Shown: piece by piece, positions 16,643-25,653 of the stretch | Layout: each line of letters begins with the position of its first letter | How positions within the stretch are numbered: the first letter of the stretch is position 1 | Assembly (NCBI GenBank): GCA_963773605.1 | Contig: CAVZBT010000012.1 | Span: 198,417-262,416 of the forward strand | From: an uncultured Acidobacteriota bacterium | GTDB taxonomy: Bacteria > Acidobacteriota > UBA6911 | Reading direction: 5' to 3' | Length of the DNA stretch: 64,000 nt | Made by a program: the position numbers and the translations under genes | Notes under the pieces: model-generated | Told to the model about the DNA's origin: nothing | Seen by the model: only the letters and a program-made list of their open reading frames with translations | Databases searched by the model: none

Positions 16643-19261
16643 CTATTGCGGTTCTTGGCTCTCGCGCTCAGGACCCAACGTTACACTCTCCGACAGGATC
16701 CGGCCTGTGGTGGGGTCGAGGATCCGGGCCCTGAGCGCCCACGTCCCCGACGGCTGCGCGAACGAGGCGAGCGGGTCCAGGCTCAGGCTGTCACCCGGAG
16801 CGAGCACCAGCGCACCGTCGGTACCCAGCGACAGTACCGGGACCGGCGCCTGCCCGGCGGCTTCGAGCCACATCTTCACCTCGAGCGAGGCATCTGCCCC
16901 ACCCACGTTCATGATGCCGTACTCGCCCCATTCCTCCAGGGCTGCCAGCAGCGACACCTCGCGGCGTGACTCGACGGTGCGGTTCTTTGCAGCCGAACCG
17001 ATCGTGAACGGCGCGACGTCTTCGGACAGAACGTCCCCTGTGGTGGGGTCGATTGCGCGCGCACCGAACTGGTACCTGCCTGGAGGAAGGTCGCCGGCCA
17101 CGTCAAAGAGCGGCCGCCGGCCGTAGTCTTCATCGTGGCGCGGCGCCAGCGTCACCACGTCTCCGGCGCCCGTGTCTCCTACCGGAACCGGGTTCAGGTC
17201 CGGGCCCTGCAACCACGTCTTCAGTTCCACGTCCCGGGCATACTCCGAAGGGTTGCTGACCCAGTAGGATTCCACGCCGACAGTCTGCCCGATCCCGTAC
17301 GACTGCTGCGTCATCTGGATCCCGACGATCGGGAGGGAGTTTGCCTGTTCGGGCGCCGCGGGGTCCGCGGCAGGGTATTCCGCCGCGACCTCCATGGCAG
17401 CCGCGCTGTCCGGATCCGCAGTCGCGTTTATCGCCGCAAGCGCGCCGCCGCCGGGTTTCAGGCCAGCCACCGGAGCGGACATGATCAACTTCACCTCGTC
17501 CTGGGCGAGAGCCCGGTTATAGACGCGGACCTCGTCAATCAGCCCTTTGTAGTACTCGGAGGCCGGAACTGAGCGGCCGATTTGGAAGGCGGTGACGGGA
17601 GCCGCCGGCGGGATGACTGTCGACGTGCTGGCCAGCGCGCCGTCGACGTAGAACCGGTTGACGGAGCCGTCGAAAACGTACGCGAAGTGGTGCCACCTGC
17701 GCGTCGGCGGCAGGTTCGAAGCGACGATCCACGTGTCGCCGAACTGCAACACCCCTATTTGCGAGGACCTGGTGCCATGCTTCACCGACGCCTGCCGGGC
17801 GGAGTTGGCGAGCACCACCGTCGATTGCAGTCCCGACGCCTTGCTGTTCAGGTAAAGCCAGCAGGCGACCGTCTTGGGGGCTCCGACGTCGGGCAGACCG
17901 GCGAGGCCGGCGGATACATAGCTGTTCTTCCCGTTGAAAGAAAGGGCCTTGCCGAACTTTGCCGTGTTCGTCCAGGAGGCACCGTTCAGCGTCGCCACGC
18001 TCCCGGACGGCGAATAGTCGGCGGTCGTCGTGCCGGCGCCTTCGTCGAAGCCGTAAGCCGCGACCAGGCCGGCGGTCACGTCAGCCGTGGTCATAACGAA
18101 TGTGTAGTCGGTCGACGTGGCGGGGTTGCCGGCCGCATCCTTCGACTTGACCCGGTAATGATAGAGTCTGCCGGCAACCAGGCCGTTCAGGGCTTGCGCA
18201 TGCGACGTGGTCAGCGCTGAATTCAGAGTGGTCGAGGAGCCGTATGTGGTGGAAGTGCCGTACTCGACCTGCCCGTCCGCCGGCTCGTTGGTGGTCCAGG
18301 AGACGGTCGCGGAAGTACTGGTCACTACTGAAGCCGTCACCGCGCTGATCACCGGCGGCGTCGTGTCGGCCGCGGCCGCGGTGGTGAACGTGAAGTCTGC
18401 CGACACCGCCTGGTTGCCGGCGGCGTCCTTCGACTTCACCCGGAAATGATACGTCGTCTTGGCCGTCAGGCTGCCGAGCGACTGCGAGTGAGAAGTGACC
18501 CGCGCGGTATTAATTGATGTGACCGACCCGTAGCCGGTCGTGGTCCCATATTCGACGAGCCCGTCCGCCGCTTCATTGGTGGTCCAGGTGATCGTGGCCG
18601 AACTCGAGGTCACGGAAGCGCTGGCGACCGCGCTGATCACCGGCGGGGTCGTGTCGGCCGGCACCGCGGTGGTGAACGTGAAGTCTGCCGACACCGCGGA
18701 GTTTCCGGCCGCGTCCCTGGATCCGACGCGGTAATGATAGATCGTTGCGGGAGCGAGGCCTCCGATACCCACGGAGTGCGCGGTCCTCATCACGGTATCG
18801 AGGCTCGTGAGCGAGCCGTAGGCGGTACTGACCCCATATTCGACCTGGGTGGTCGCCCCCTCGTTGGTGGTCCAGCTGATTGTGACCGAGGAAGCGGTGA
18901 TGCTCGAGCTCGCCACCAGGCTGATCACCGGGGCTTGCGTGTCCGCAGCGGCAACGACGGCCGAGGTCTCGTTCGAGTAGCCGGTTTCCGTGCGGGTGGA
19001 ATTGTAGGCGGTGACCGCGAAGTAATATGTGGCCGCCGGGAGACCCTTCACGGGATATGTCGTGACGTTGCCGACATCGATCGAGTTGGTGTACTGGCGG
19101 GAAGCCGTGCCGTAGTAGAGCTTATAGCCGCCCAGGCCCGGACCGACCGCGGGGTCCCACGCGAGTGTGACATCCCCGGCCAGTGCCGCGGTGGAAGACG
19201 CAAGCGCGGCGAGGATTAGGGTTGTAAGGATCAGGGCGTAACGGGTGGATATCAATCTCAT
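16643..19261 (-). CDS. Secreted protein: signal peptide, N-terminal Fn3, three tandem Fn3-like repeats, LamG/ConA-like domain, two C-terminal Ig-like domains
   Basis: MRLISTRYALILTTLILAALASSTAALA is the signal peptide. The repeats read D-T-x-P-P-V-I-S..ATI(T/S)WTTNE.AD..VEYG.(S/T)..YG. The LamG-like region reads ALSFNGKNSYVS..WHHFAYVFDGSVNRFYVDG..GLIDEVRVYNRAL. It is a paralog of 20198-23650. Confidence 0.8.
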   Translation of the reverse strand: MRLISTRYALILTTLILAALASSTAALAGDVTLAWDPAVGPGLGGYKLYYGTASRQYTNSIDVGNVTTYPVKGLPAATYYFAVTAYNSTRTETGYSNETSAVVAAADTQAPVISLVASSSITASSVTISWTTNEGATTQVEYGVSTAYGSLTSLDTVMRTAHSVGIGGLAPATIYHYRVGSRDAAGNSAVSADFTFTTAVPADTTPPVISAVASASVTSSSATITWTTNEAADGLVEYGTTTGYGSVTSINTARVTSHSQSLGSLTAKTTYHFRVKSKDAAGNQAVSADFTFTTAAAADTTPPVISAVTASVVTSTSATVSWTTNEPADGQVEYGTSTTYGSSTTLNSALTTSHAQALNGLVAGRLYHYRVKSKDAAGNPATSTDYTFVMTTADVTAGLVAAYGFDEGAGTTTADYSPSGSVATLNGASWTNTAKFGKALSFNGKNSYVSAGLAGLPDVGAPKTVACWLYLNSKASGLQSTVVLANSARQASVKHGTRSSQIGVLQFGDTWIVASNLPPTRRWHHFAYVFDGSVNRFYVDGALASTSTVIPPAAPVTAFQIGRSVPASEYYKGLIDEVRVYNRALAQDEVKLIMSAPVAGLKPGGGALAAINATADPDSAAAMEVAAEYPAADPAAPEQANSLPIVGIQMTQQSYGIGQTVGVESYWVSNPSEYARDVELKTWLQGPDLNPVPVGDTGAGDVVTLAPRHDEDYGRRPLFDVAGDLPPGRYQFGARAIDPTTGDVLSEDVAPFTIGSAAKNRTVESRREVSLLAALEEWGEYGIMNVGGADASLEVKMWLEAAGQAPVPVLSLGTDGALVLAPGDSLSLDPLASFAQPSGTWALRARILDPTTGRILSESVTLGPERESQEPQ

Positions 19262-19396
19262 GCCAGGCACCTCTCGGCAACAGTCAAACATCGCGAACGA
19301 TGAAAGGATTAGGAGGAGCGTCACAATTTCGGCCTTTTCCAGGAGACCAGTAACGATGGGCCAGGCTCAGGCGCGTCCGGCCAGTGAGCGGCGTCT

Positions 19397-19505
19397 GGAG
19401 TGCGGTGCCTCGGCACCGCTGTCTGGGTTGCGCTGGACCGGCAGGGGGGGCCCAAGGTCGGCGCCTAGGCGCCGACCCCAAAGCGGCGTCGAGCCGCCGC
19501 ACTCC
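19397..19505. repeat. Single REP-like structured element (family A)
   Basis: GGAGTGCGGTGCCTCGGCACCGC...GGTCGGCGCCTAGGCGCCGACCCCAAAGCGGCGTCGAGCCGCCGCACTCC. The termini GGAGTGCGG/CCGCACTCC are complementary. Confidence 0.85.
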
Positions 19506-19642
19506 AAACCGGTGTTTGAGGGCCGCTGCCAAGTAATGCAGCAGAGCAGGGTGCCCCGCAGGGGACCGCACGTGGGCGAAGATGCGGGGCGCGCGTGGGG
19601 CACGGGAGTTGCTGCGCTAACGGCAAGCGGAGAGCCTTGGCT

Positions 19643-19957
19643 ATGATTGCCCCCGCCGCATACCGGACCCGTCCACCGAGGTTCCCAATCCGGGCGCCCA
19701 TCTATTACCGCGGACGCTGGGAGCCGGACTGGACCGAGGGCACGACGCTCAACATCAGCCGAGGCGGCGTGCTCTTTCAAAGCCCCACCGAGCTCGAGCC
19801 GCAGTGCGTCGTGCAGGTACGCATCCTCTTCCCGGCCGAGCTGACCGGCGCGGCGGCGGCAAACATGGTCGGCACCGCCACCATACTGCGCATGGAGCCG
19901 GAGCGGTCGGCGGTGGCGGCGTCCCTGGTCAACTGCAGATTTGTGCAGGGGGAGTGA
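19643..19957 (+). CDS. PilZ domain protein (putative c-di-GMP receptor)
   Basis: MIAPAAYRTRPPRFPIRAPIYYR...GTTLNISRGGVLFQS contains an N-x-S-x-x-G motif (NISRGG) and an Arg-rich N-terminal RTRPPR that approximates RxxxR. Size is about 104 aa. Confidence 0.6.
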   Translation: MIAPAAYRTRPPRFPIRAPIYYRGRWEPDWTEGTTLNISRGGVLFQSPTELEPQCVVQVRILFPAELTGAAAANMVGTATILRMEPERSAVAASLVNCRFVQGE

Positions 19958-19996
19958 GCAGCAACCTCAAAGGCGGAAAGGGCTCCGAGATTCTCG

Positions 19997-20026
19997 AAGG
20001 CCGGGGAACGACCCGGCCTTTTTTTT
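19997..20026 (+). terminator. Rho-independent terminator after the PilZ gene
   Basis: AAGGCCGGG-gaacga-CCCGGCCTT followed by a T8 run (20019-20026). Confidence 0.75.
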
Positions 20027-20197
20027 GCCACGGAGGACACCCCGGGAATCCGGGCCCCGTCCTTCGTGCTGTGCGCGGCACCACGGCACTCCTAAGAGCG
20101 AAACCGGCAAAAGTGTGATGCGCGGCATACTCCGCAACGTCCTACGAGCAGATAAGTAGGACCGGGGAAGCCTCGAACACGCTAAAGGGGTGTCGCA

Positions 20198-23100
20198 ATG
20201 AGGATGCCGCGCATAGACCGGTTTATACGGCGTAGCTGTGGACCGATACCGATCTCACTGTTGTTCATCCTGATTGGCTTCGCGGCATCCCCCCCTGCGG
20301 CGCTGCCTGCGGATGTGACGCTCGCCTGGGACCCGTCCACGGGACCCGGCCTGGCCGGCTACAAGATCTATTACGGCACCGCCTCCGGCCGGTACACGAA
20401 CTCGGTCGATGTCGGCAACGTCACAACTTACGTGGTGACCGGCCTATCTCCGGGGACGTGGTACTTCGCGGCGACCGCCTACGACTCCACACGCAAGGAA
20501 ACCGTTTCGTCCAACGAGGTGTCGGTCCTTGTGGCCGCCGCCGACACCCAGGCTCCGGTGATCAGCGGCGTGGCGGCATCGGGCATAACCACCTCGGCTG
20601 CGGCGATCGGCTGGACCACGAATGAGCCGTCCAGCAGCCAGGTCGAGTATGGTCCGACAACCGCTTACGGCACCGTGGCGTCGCCGGGCGGCGCGATGGC
20701 GACATCCCACGCCGTCCTCCTCGGCGCCCTGCTTCCCTCGACCACCTATCATTACCGGGTCCTGTCCGCGGATGCTGCAGGCAACCTCTCGGTGTCGTCC
20801 GATGCCACCTTTACGACGCTGGCCCCGGCCGACATCACCCCTCCGGTGATCAGCGGCGTGAGCAGTTCGTCGGTGAGCGGCACCGCCGCGACCATCACCT
20901 GGACCACCAACGAGGCAGCCGATAGCCAGGTCGAGTACGGCCTCTCGACCAGCTACGGTCTGTCAACCACGCTCGACACGGCGAAGTTGACGTCGCATAC
21001 GCAGGTCCTGACGGGGCTTGCCGAAAACACGATCTATCACTACCGCGTCAAGTCGAAGGACGCGGCGAATAACGGGGCAGTCTCGACCGACTACGGCTTC
21101 ACCACCCTCGATTCCACCGCTCCGGTGATCAGCGGGGTGAGCAGTTCGTCGGTGACGGCCACCTCCGCGACCATCACCTGGACCACGAACGAGGCGGCCG
21201 ACGGCCGGGTCGAGTACGGCCTCTCGACCGCCTACGGTTCGTCAACCACGCTCGATCCGGCGAGGTCGGCCTCGCATGCGCAGTCCCTGACCGGGCTCAC
21301 GGAAAAGACGATCTATCACTATCGCGTCAGATCGAAAGACGCGGCGGGTAACGAGGCGTTCTCGGCCGATTACACGTTCACCACCATCGACGCCACCCCT
21401 CCGGTGATCAGCGGGGTGAGCAGTTCGTCGGTGACCGGTACCTCCGCGACCATCACCTGGACCACGAACGAGGCAGCCGACAGCCAGGTCGAGTACGGCC
21501 TCTCGACCGCCTACGGTTCGTCAACCACGCTCGACCCGGCGAAGTCGACCTTGCATGCGCAAGCCCTGACCGGGCTTGCCGAAAAGACGACCTACTACTA
21601 TCGCGTAAAATCCAAAGATAATGCGGGAAACCTAGCAATTTCATCAAGTGCCACTTTCACTACTGTAACCGCCGCGGACACCACCGCCCCAGTAATCAAC
21701 GCCGTGAGCAGCTCGTCGGTGACCGGTACCTCCGCGACCATCACCTGGATTACGAACGAGGCGGCCGACAGCCAGGTCGAGTACGGCGTCTCGACTGCCT
21801 ACGGTTCCTCAAGCACGCTCAACGCGGCCAGGGCGACCTCGCACGCGCAGGCCCTGACCGGGCTGACCGAAAAGACGATCTATCACTACCGCGTGAAGTC
21901 GAAAGACGCAGAGGGTAACGGGGCGGTCTCGGCCGATTACACCTTCACAACCCTCGATGCGACGCCCCCGGTGATCAGCGGCGTGAGCAGTTCGTCGGTG
22001 ACGGGCACCTCCGCGACCATCACTTGGACCACGAACGAGGCGGCCGACGGCCGGGTCGAGTACGGCCTCTCGACCGCCTACGGTTCCAGCGTGTTCAACG
22101 CGGCGCAGTCGACTGCGCATTCCCAGGTCCTGAGCGGGCTCACGGAAGGGAAGACGTATCACTATCGCGTCACGTCGAAAGACGCGGCGGGCAACGCCGC
22201 GGTCTCGGCCGATTACGCGTTTGCGACGACGCCCATCAACGACGTCACCGCCGGGCTGGTCGCCGCCTACGGCTTCGACGAAGGCGCGGGCTCGGTCACC
22301 TCGGACTATTCCTCCAACTTGAACACCGCCGTCCTGAAGAACGTGAGCTGGTCGCCCACGGCGAAGTTCGGCAGGGCCCTTTCGTTCAATGGAAAGAACA
22401 GCTATGTGTCGGCCGGCGTGGCCGGCCTGCCGGACATCGGCACCCCGAAGACGATTGCCTGCTGGGTGTACATGAACAGCAAGCCCGCTTCCATCCAGTC
22501 GACGGTCACGCTTGCCAACCCGGTACAGAAGGCCTCGGTGAAGCAGGGGACCAGGACCTCACAGGCGGGGGCGTTGCGCTACGGAGACACCTGGCTGGTT
22601 GCCTCGGCGCTGCCGTCGGTGAAGAAGTGGCACCATTTCGCCTATGTTTTCGACGGGTTGATGAACCGGTTCTACGTTGACGGGGTGCTGGCCAGCACCT
22701 CGACGGTTCCCTCGAACATGGCTCCCGTAACCAGCTTGGACATCGGCCGGTCGAACCCGGCCTCCGAGTACTACAAGGGAATCATCGACGAGGTCCGCAT
22801 CTACAACCGGGCGCTCAGCCAGGCGGAAGTGAAATCGATCATGACGGCGCCGATCGCGAATCTGAAGGGGACGACCGGCGCCGCCGCCCCGTCGCAGATG
22901 GCCATGACCGAGACGGCGCAAACCGATGCGTCCGGGGAGGACCTCGCCATCGCGGACGATGCTGCCGATGCAACGGTGCCCTATGCCGAGGGCTCCCTCC
23001 CGGTGGTCGAGGTGGGGCTGACGCAGCGGTATTACGGGGTCGGGGAGGTTGTGACTGCCGGCTCGTACCGGGTCAGCAACCCGTCGGACCACGGCCGGGA

Positions 23101-23650
23101 GATCGAGTTGAAGACGTGGGTGGAGGGCCCGGGCCTGGCGCCGGTCCCGGTGTGGGGCTTTGGTGCGGACGAGGCGTTCAAACTGCCTCCGGGCTACGAC
23201 GAAGACTACGGCCCGCTGGGGCTGTTTGACGTGTCGGGGGATCTGCCTGCGGGGAGCTACCAGTTCAAGGCGCGCGTCGTCGACCCGGTGACCGGGGACA
23301 TCTTCTCCGAGGATGGAAAGAGCTTCGCGATCGGGTCCGAAGGGCACAAGCGCAGCGTCGAGCGGCGCGACGAACCGGTGCTGCTGGCCGACATGCAGCA
23401 GTGGGGCGAACTCGGGGTTACGAATGCCGGCGGCGGGGCGGCGGTGATTGAGGTGAAGATATGGCTCGAAGCGCCGGGCCGCTCCCCGGTTGCGGTGCTG
23501 TCGGTGGGCGCCGACGGCTCCCTGGTGCTGGCCCCGGGCGCAGCCATGACGCTCGACCCGTTGTCGTCCTTTGACCCGCCGCCCGGCTCGTGGACCGTAA
23601 AGTTCCGCATCCTCGACCCGGTCACCGCACGGATCGTGCTGGAACGTTAG
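20198..23650 (+). CDS. Secreted protein: N-terminal Fn3, six tandem Fn3-like repeats, LamG/ConA-like domain, two C-terminal Ig-like domains
   Basis: Same architecture as 16643-19261, but with six copies of the ~95-aa repeat (about 20543-22235), which are highly similar at the DNA level. LamG-like region: ALSFNGKNSYVS..WHHFAYVFDGLMNRFYVDG..GIIDEVRIYNRAL. Confidence 0.85.
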   Translation: MRMPRIDRFIRRSCGPIPISLLFILIGFAASPPAALPADVTLAWDPSTGPGLAGYKIYYGTASGRYTNSVDVGNVTTYVVTGLSPGTWYFAATAYDSTRKETVSSNEVSVLVAAADTQAPVISGVAASGITTSAAAIGWTTNEPSSSQVEYGPTTAYGTVASPGGAMATSHAVLLGALLPSTTYHYRVLSADAAGNLSVSSDATFTTLAPADITPPVISGVSSSSVSGTAATITWTTNEAADSQVEYGLSTSYGLSTTLDTAKLTSHTQVLTGLAENTIYHYRVKSKDAANNGAVSTDYGFTTLDSTAPVISGVSSSSVTATSATITWTTNEAADGRVEYGLSTAYGSSTTLDPARSASHAQSLTGLTEKTIYHYRVRSKDAAGNEAFSADYTFTTIDATPPVISGVSSSSVTGTSATITWTTNEAADSQVEYGLSTAYGSSTTLDPAKSTLHAQALTGLAEKTTYYYRVKSKDNAGNLAISSSATFTTVTAADTTAPVINAVSSSSVTGTSATITWITNEAADSQVEYGVSTAYGSSSTLNAARATSHAQALTGLTEKTIYHYRVKSKDAEGNGAVSADYTFTTLDATPPVISGVSSSSVTGTSATITWTTNEAADGRVEYGLSTAYGSSVFNAAQSTAHSQVLSGLTEGKTYHYRVTSKDAAGNAAVSADYAFATTPINDVTAGLVAAYGFDEGAGSVTSDYSSNLNTAVLKNVSWSPTAKFGRALSFNGKNSYVSAGVAGLPDIGTPKTIACWVYMNSKPASIQSTVTLANPVQKASVKQGTRTSQAGALRYGDTWLVASALPSVKKWHHFAYVFDGLMNRFYVDGVLASTSTVPSNMAPVTSLDIGRSNPASEYYKGIIDEVRIYNRALSQAEVKSIMTAPIANLKGTTGAAAPSQMAMTETAQTDASGEDLAIADDAADATVPYAEGSLPVVEVGLTQRYYGVGEVVTAGSYRVSNPSDHGREIELKTWVEGPGLAPVPVWGFGADEAFKLPPGYDEDYGPLGLFDVSGDLPAGSYQFKARVVDPVTGDIFSEDGKSFAIGSEGHKRSVERRDEPVLLADMQQWGELGVTNAGGGAAVIEVKIWLEAPGRSPVAVLSVGADGSLVLAPGAAMTLDPLSSFDPPPGSWTVKFRILDPVTARIVLER

Positions 23651-23756
23651 TACCGGATTCCGTAAATACGACCTTTGCTCGCTGAACACCAGGAAGAGGG
23701 CCGCGTGCGTCGGCGTGTTCCCGCGTCATCGCGGCCGTAGTGACACAGCGCAATTT

Positions 23757-23812
23757 GGAGTGCGGCGGCTCGACACCGCTCTCCCGGGCGGCGCCTCGGC
23801 GCAGCCCTTCAT
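23757..23812. repeat. Partial/rearranged REP-like element
   Basis: GGAGTGCGGCGGCTCGACACCGCTCTCCCGGGCGGCGCCTCGGCGC shares blocks with the 33.6-34.4 kb variant but lacks the closing CCGCACTCC arm. Confidence 0.5.
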
Positions 23813-23880
23813 CGCCGACCAGTACGTTACCATAATTGCGAACGGCAGTACTCAGCCTGCTGTCTGGTCAGCCACGAAGG

Positions 23881-23920
23881 AACACAAAAACCACGGAATT
23901 GCTTCCGTGGTTTTTGTGTT
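23881..23920. terminator. Bidirectional intrinsic terminator between convergent genes
   Basis: Perfect 18-bp stem AACACAAAAACCACGGAA-ttgc-TTCCGTGGTTTTTGTGTT. A GC-rich core is flanked by A/T runs on both strands. Confidence 0.7.
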
Positions 23921-24253
23921 TTCCAGAGCGTTCTTACGTTTCCCATTCCTTCCGGCCGCGGAATGTTCACGGCCGAGGCCCACGAGCGGGTGGGGCCAGC
24001 CAAGTGGGACGAAGTCGCGGCGAGCATGGTTGCGTTGCTGGAGTACGGGACCGCTGGCGGCCCTCGACGCCGTGGGAGATGTTGAGCGAGGCGGGTAGCG
24101 ATCGAGCCGGCGGGAGGAGTTGATCGCAAGCGGCCCAAGGCGAGGTGTTTCACAACGAGGGCACCACAGTATTAAGCACGGTGGGCGGTCCCGGAAATCG
24201 GCAATTCCCTGGCGCCGGTAAGCCCTTGGCGGGATTTGGTCGGTAGCGTAGAA

Positions 24254-24279
24254 AAGGGGTGCTTTTTAGGGCACCCCTT
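24254..24279 (-). terminator. Putative terminator of the PEP-CTERM gene
   Basis: AAGGGGTGC-N8-GCACCCCTT with a T-run following on the minus strand, about 50 nt after the stop at 24331. Confidence 0.5.
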
Positions 24280-24330
24280 CTCTCAGGAACTTCATCTTAG
24301 TAGTTGAATTCGGGGATATTCCCCAGGGCG

Positions 24331-24957
24331 TTATTTTCTTGCCCTATTTCTGCTGAATCCATACAGTCCCAGCAAGCCACATCCAAGAAGAATCAGAGAG
24401 CCGGGCTCCGGGACTTCCGTGTTTTTGAAATCGGTACTAATTGACTCCCAAGCATTAGTTGTCCCGGGGATGGGCTGGCCGGTAAGCGAGAAGCCGAAAA
24501 ACTCAAATTTTGTGTCGACGGGAAGGCCGATTGCGTCTAAGAAATCAGCATCCTTAGTATCTGGTCCAATGGCTTGAAAAATACCCTGAGGACTTGCTAT
24601 CCAGGAATTAAATGAACCGGTCAGCAGGATGGTGCCATTTGGAATATTCAATAATGGTATCCCGCCGGTGATGGTGACGGTGTTTGCGATAGTGCTAAAA
24701 TCTAAAGCTGCACTTCCGCCAGCAGCCGTACCGGTCACCATATACTGTAGAAACCCCGCTGGCGCTCCGGAGATATTCACGACGCCGATTGGAATATCGA
24801 CACCCGTAGCGTTGCCCCCTGGCAAGAGTGAAAATATGCCACCAGTTGGAGCTAGGCCAGTCCCGAAATCAATAATGGTACCAGCATTAGCAAATGGCAG
24901 GCATATGCACATGAACATTGCCACCAAACTTACTGTGACGAGCAGCTTCCTGATCAT
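24331..24957 (-). CDS. PEP-CTERM sorting-domain protein (exosortase substrate)
   Basis: The signal peptide is MIRKLLVTVSLVAMFMCICLPFANA. The C-terminus VPEPGSLILLGCGLLGLYGFSRNRARK has the P-E-P motif, a TM helix and a basic tail. A strong SD (GGGAGGAG) lies 6 nt upstream of the ATG. The gene is visibly AT-richer than its surroundings. Confidence 0.85.
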   Translation of the reverse strand: MIRKLLVTVSLVAMFMCICLPFANAGTIIDFGTGLAPTGGIFSLLPGGNATGVDIPIGVVNISGAPAGFLQYMVTGTAAGGSAALDFSTIANTVTITGGIPLLNIPNGTILLTGSFNSWIASPQGIFQAIGPDTKDADFLDAIGLPVDTKFEFFGFSLTGQPIPGTTNAWESISTDFKNTEVPEPGSLILLGCGLLGLYGFSRNRARK

Positions 24958-24992
24958 TTTTGTCTCCTCCCGATAATTCCATTCCGATTAAG

Positions 24993-25007
24993 GCAAATAG
25001 AGTGCCA
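24993..25007 (-). promoter_or_regulatory. Sigma-54 (-24/-12) promoter for the PEP-CTERM gene
   Basis: The minus strand reads TGGCAC-TCTAT-TTGC, an exact match to the TGGCAC-N5-TTGC core. The -12 element lies about 36 nt upstream of the ATG at 24957. Confidence 0.65.
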
Positions 25008-25653
25008 ATGAGGGCATCAGCTGTTAAGGTAAAATATGGTCGGTTGATAAATGGCTTATATTTCTATTAGTTAGAAGATTACGAATACTTTGACATAGCT
25101 GAGAGATTTCAATCTGCATTAAAAAGAAATGCGTTGACTGTAAAAGTTTGCGACGCTCGGCGAGCCGCCAATTTGATATTTCCCGGGGTCAATGGCAGCA
25201 ATTCTATCCATGACAATAGTTTATGTTACAGGGACCCAGTATTTGAAAGTGGAAAGAAGTCCGACAAATGAACAAATTCCGGGTCCGACACAAATAAAAT
25301 AATATCTTTCAGTAACTTACGGTGATTCCTGACCGTAAGATGACGCGAGGAGACCGATTTGTTTCTCCTCCTCTCCTCTGACGACCCGTTTCGGATCCCC
25401 CTCTCCCTTGATTGGACTTGGCTTCCCTCAAAGGACGTGGGTTTTCACCAGGTGGCCGGAGCCGATGAGCTTTACATTGCGGGCGGAACAGTCCGCAGGC
25501 CCGAGGGGAACAAACTGAATGGAAACGACGATTAGGGTCGGTCACAGACGCGGCGGGTTCACCGTTTGATTTCTAAGTAACGCGACTGCGGGACGGTAAG
25601 GGGTAAACGAAGCATGAGCCGTAAACCGGAATGGCACGGACTGTCTCGCTGTC

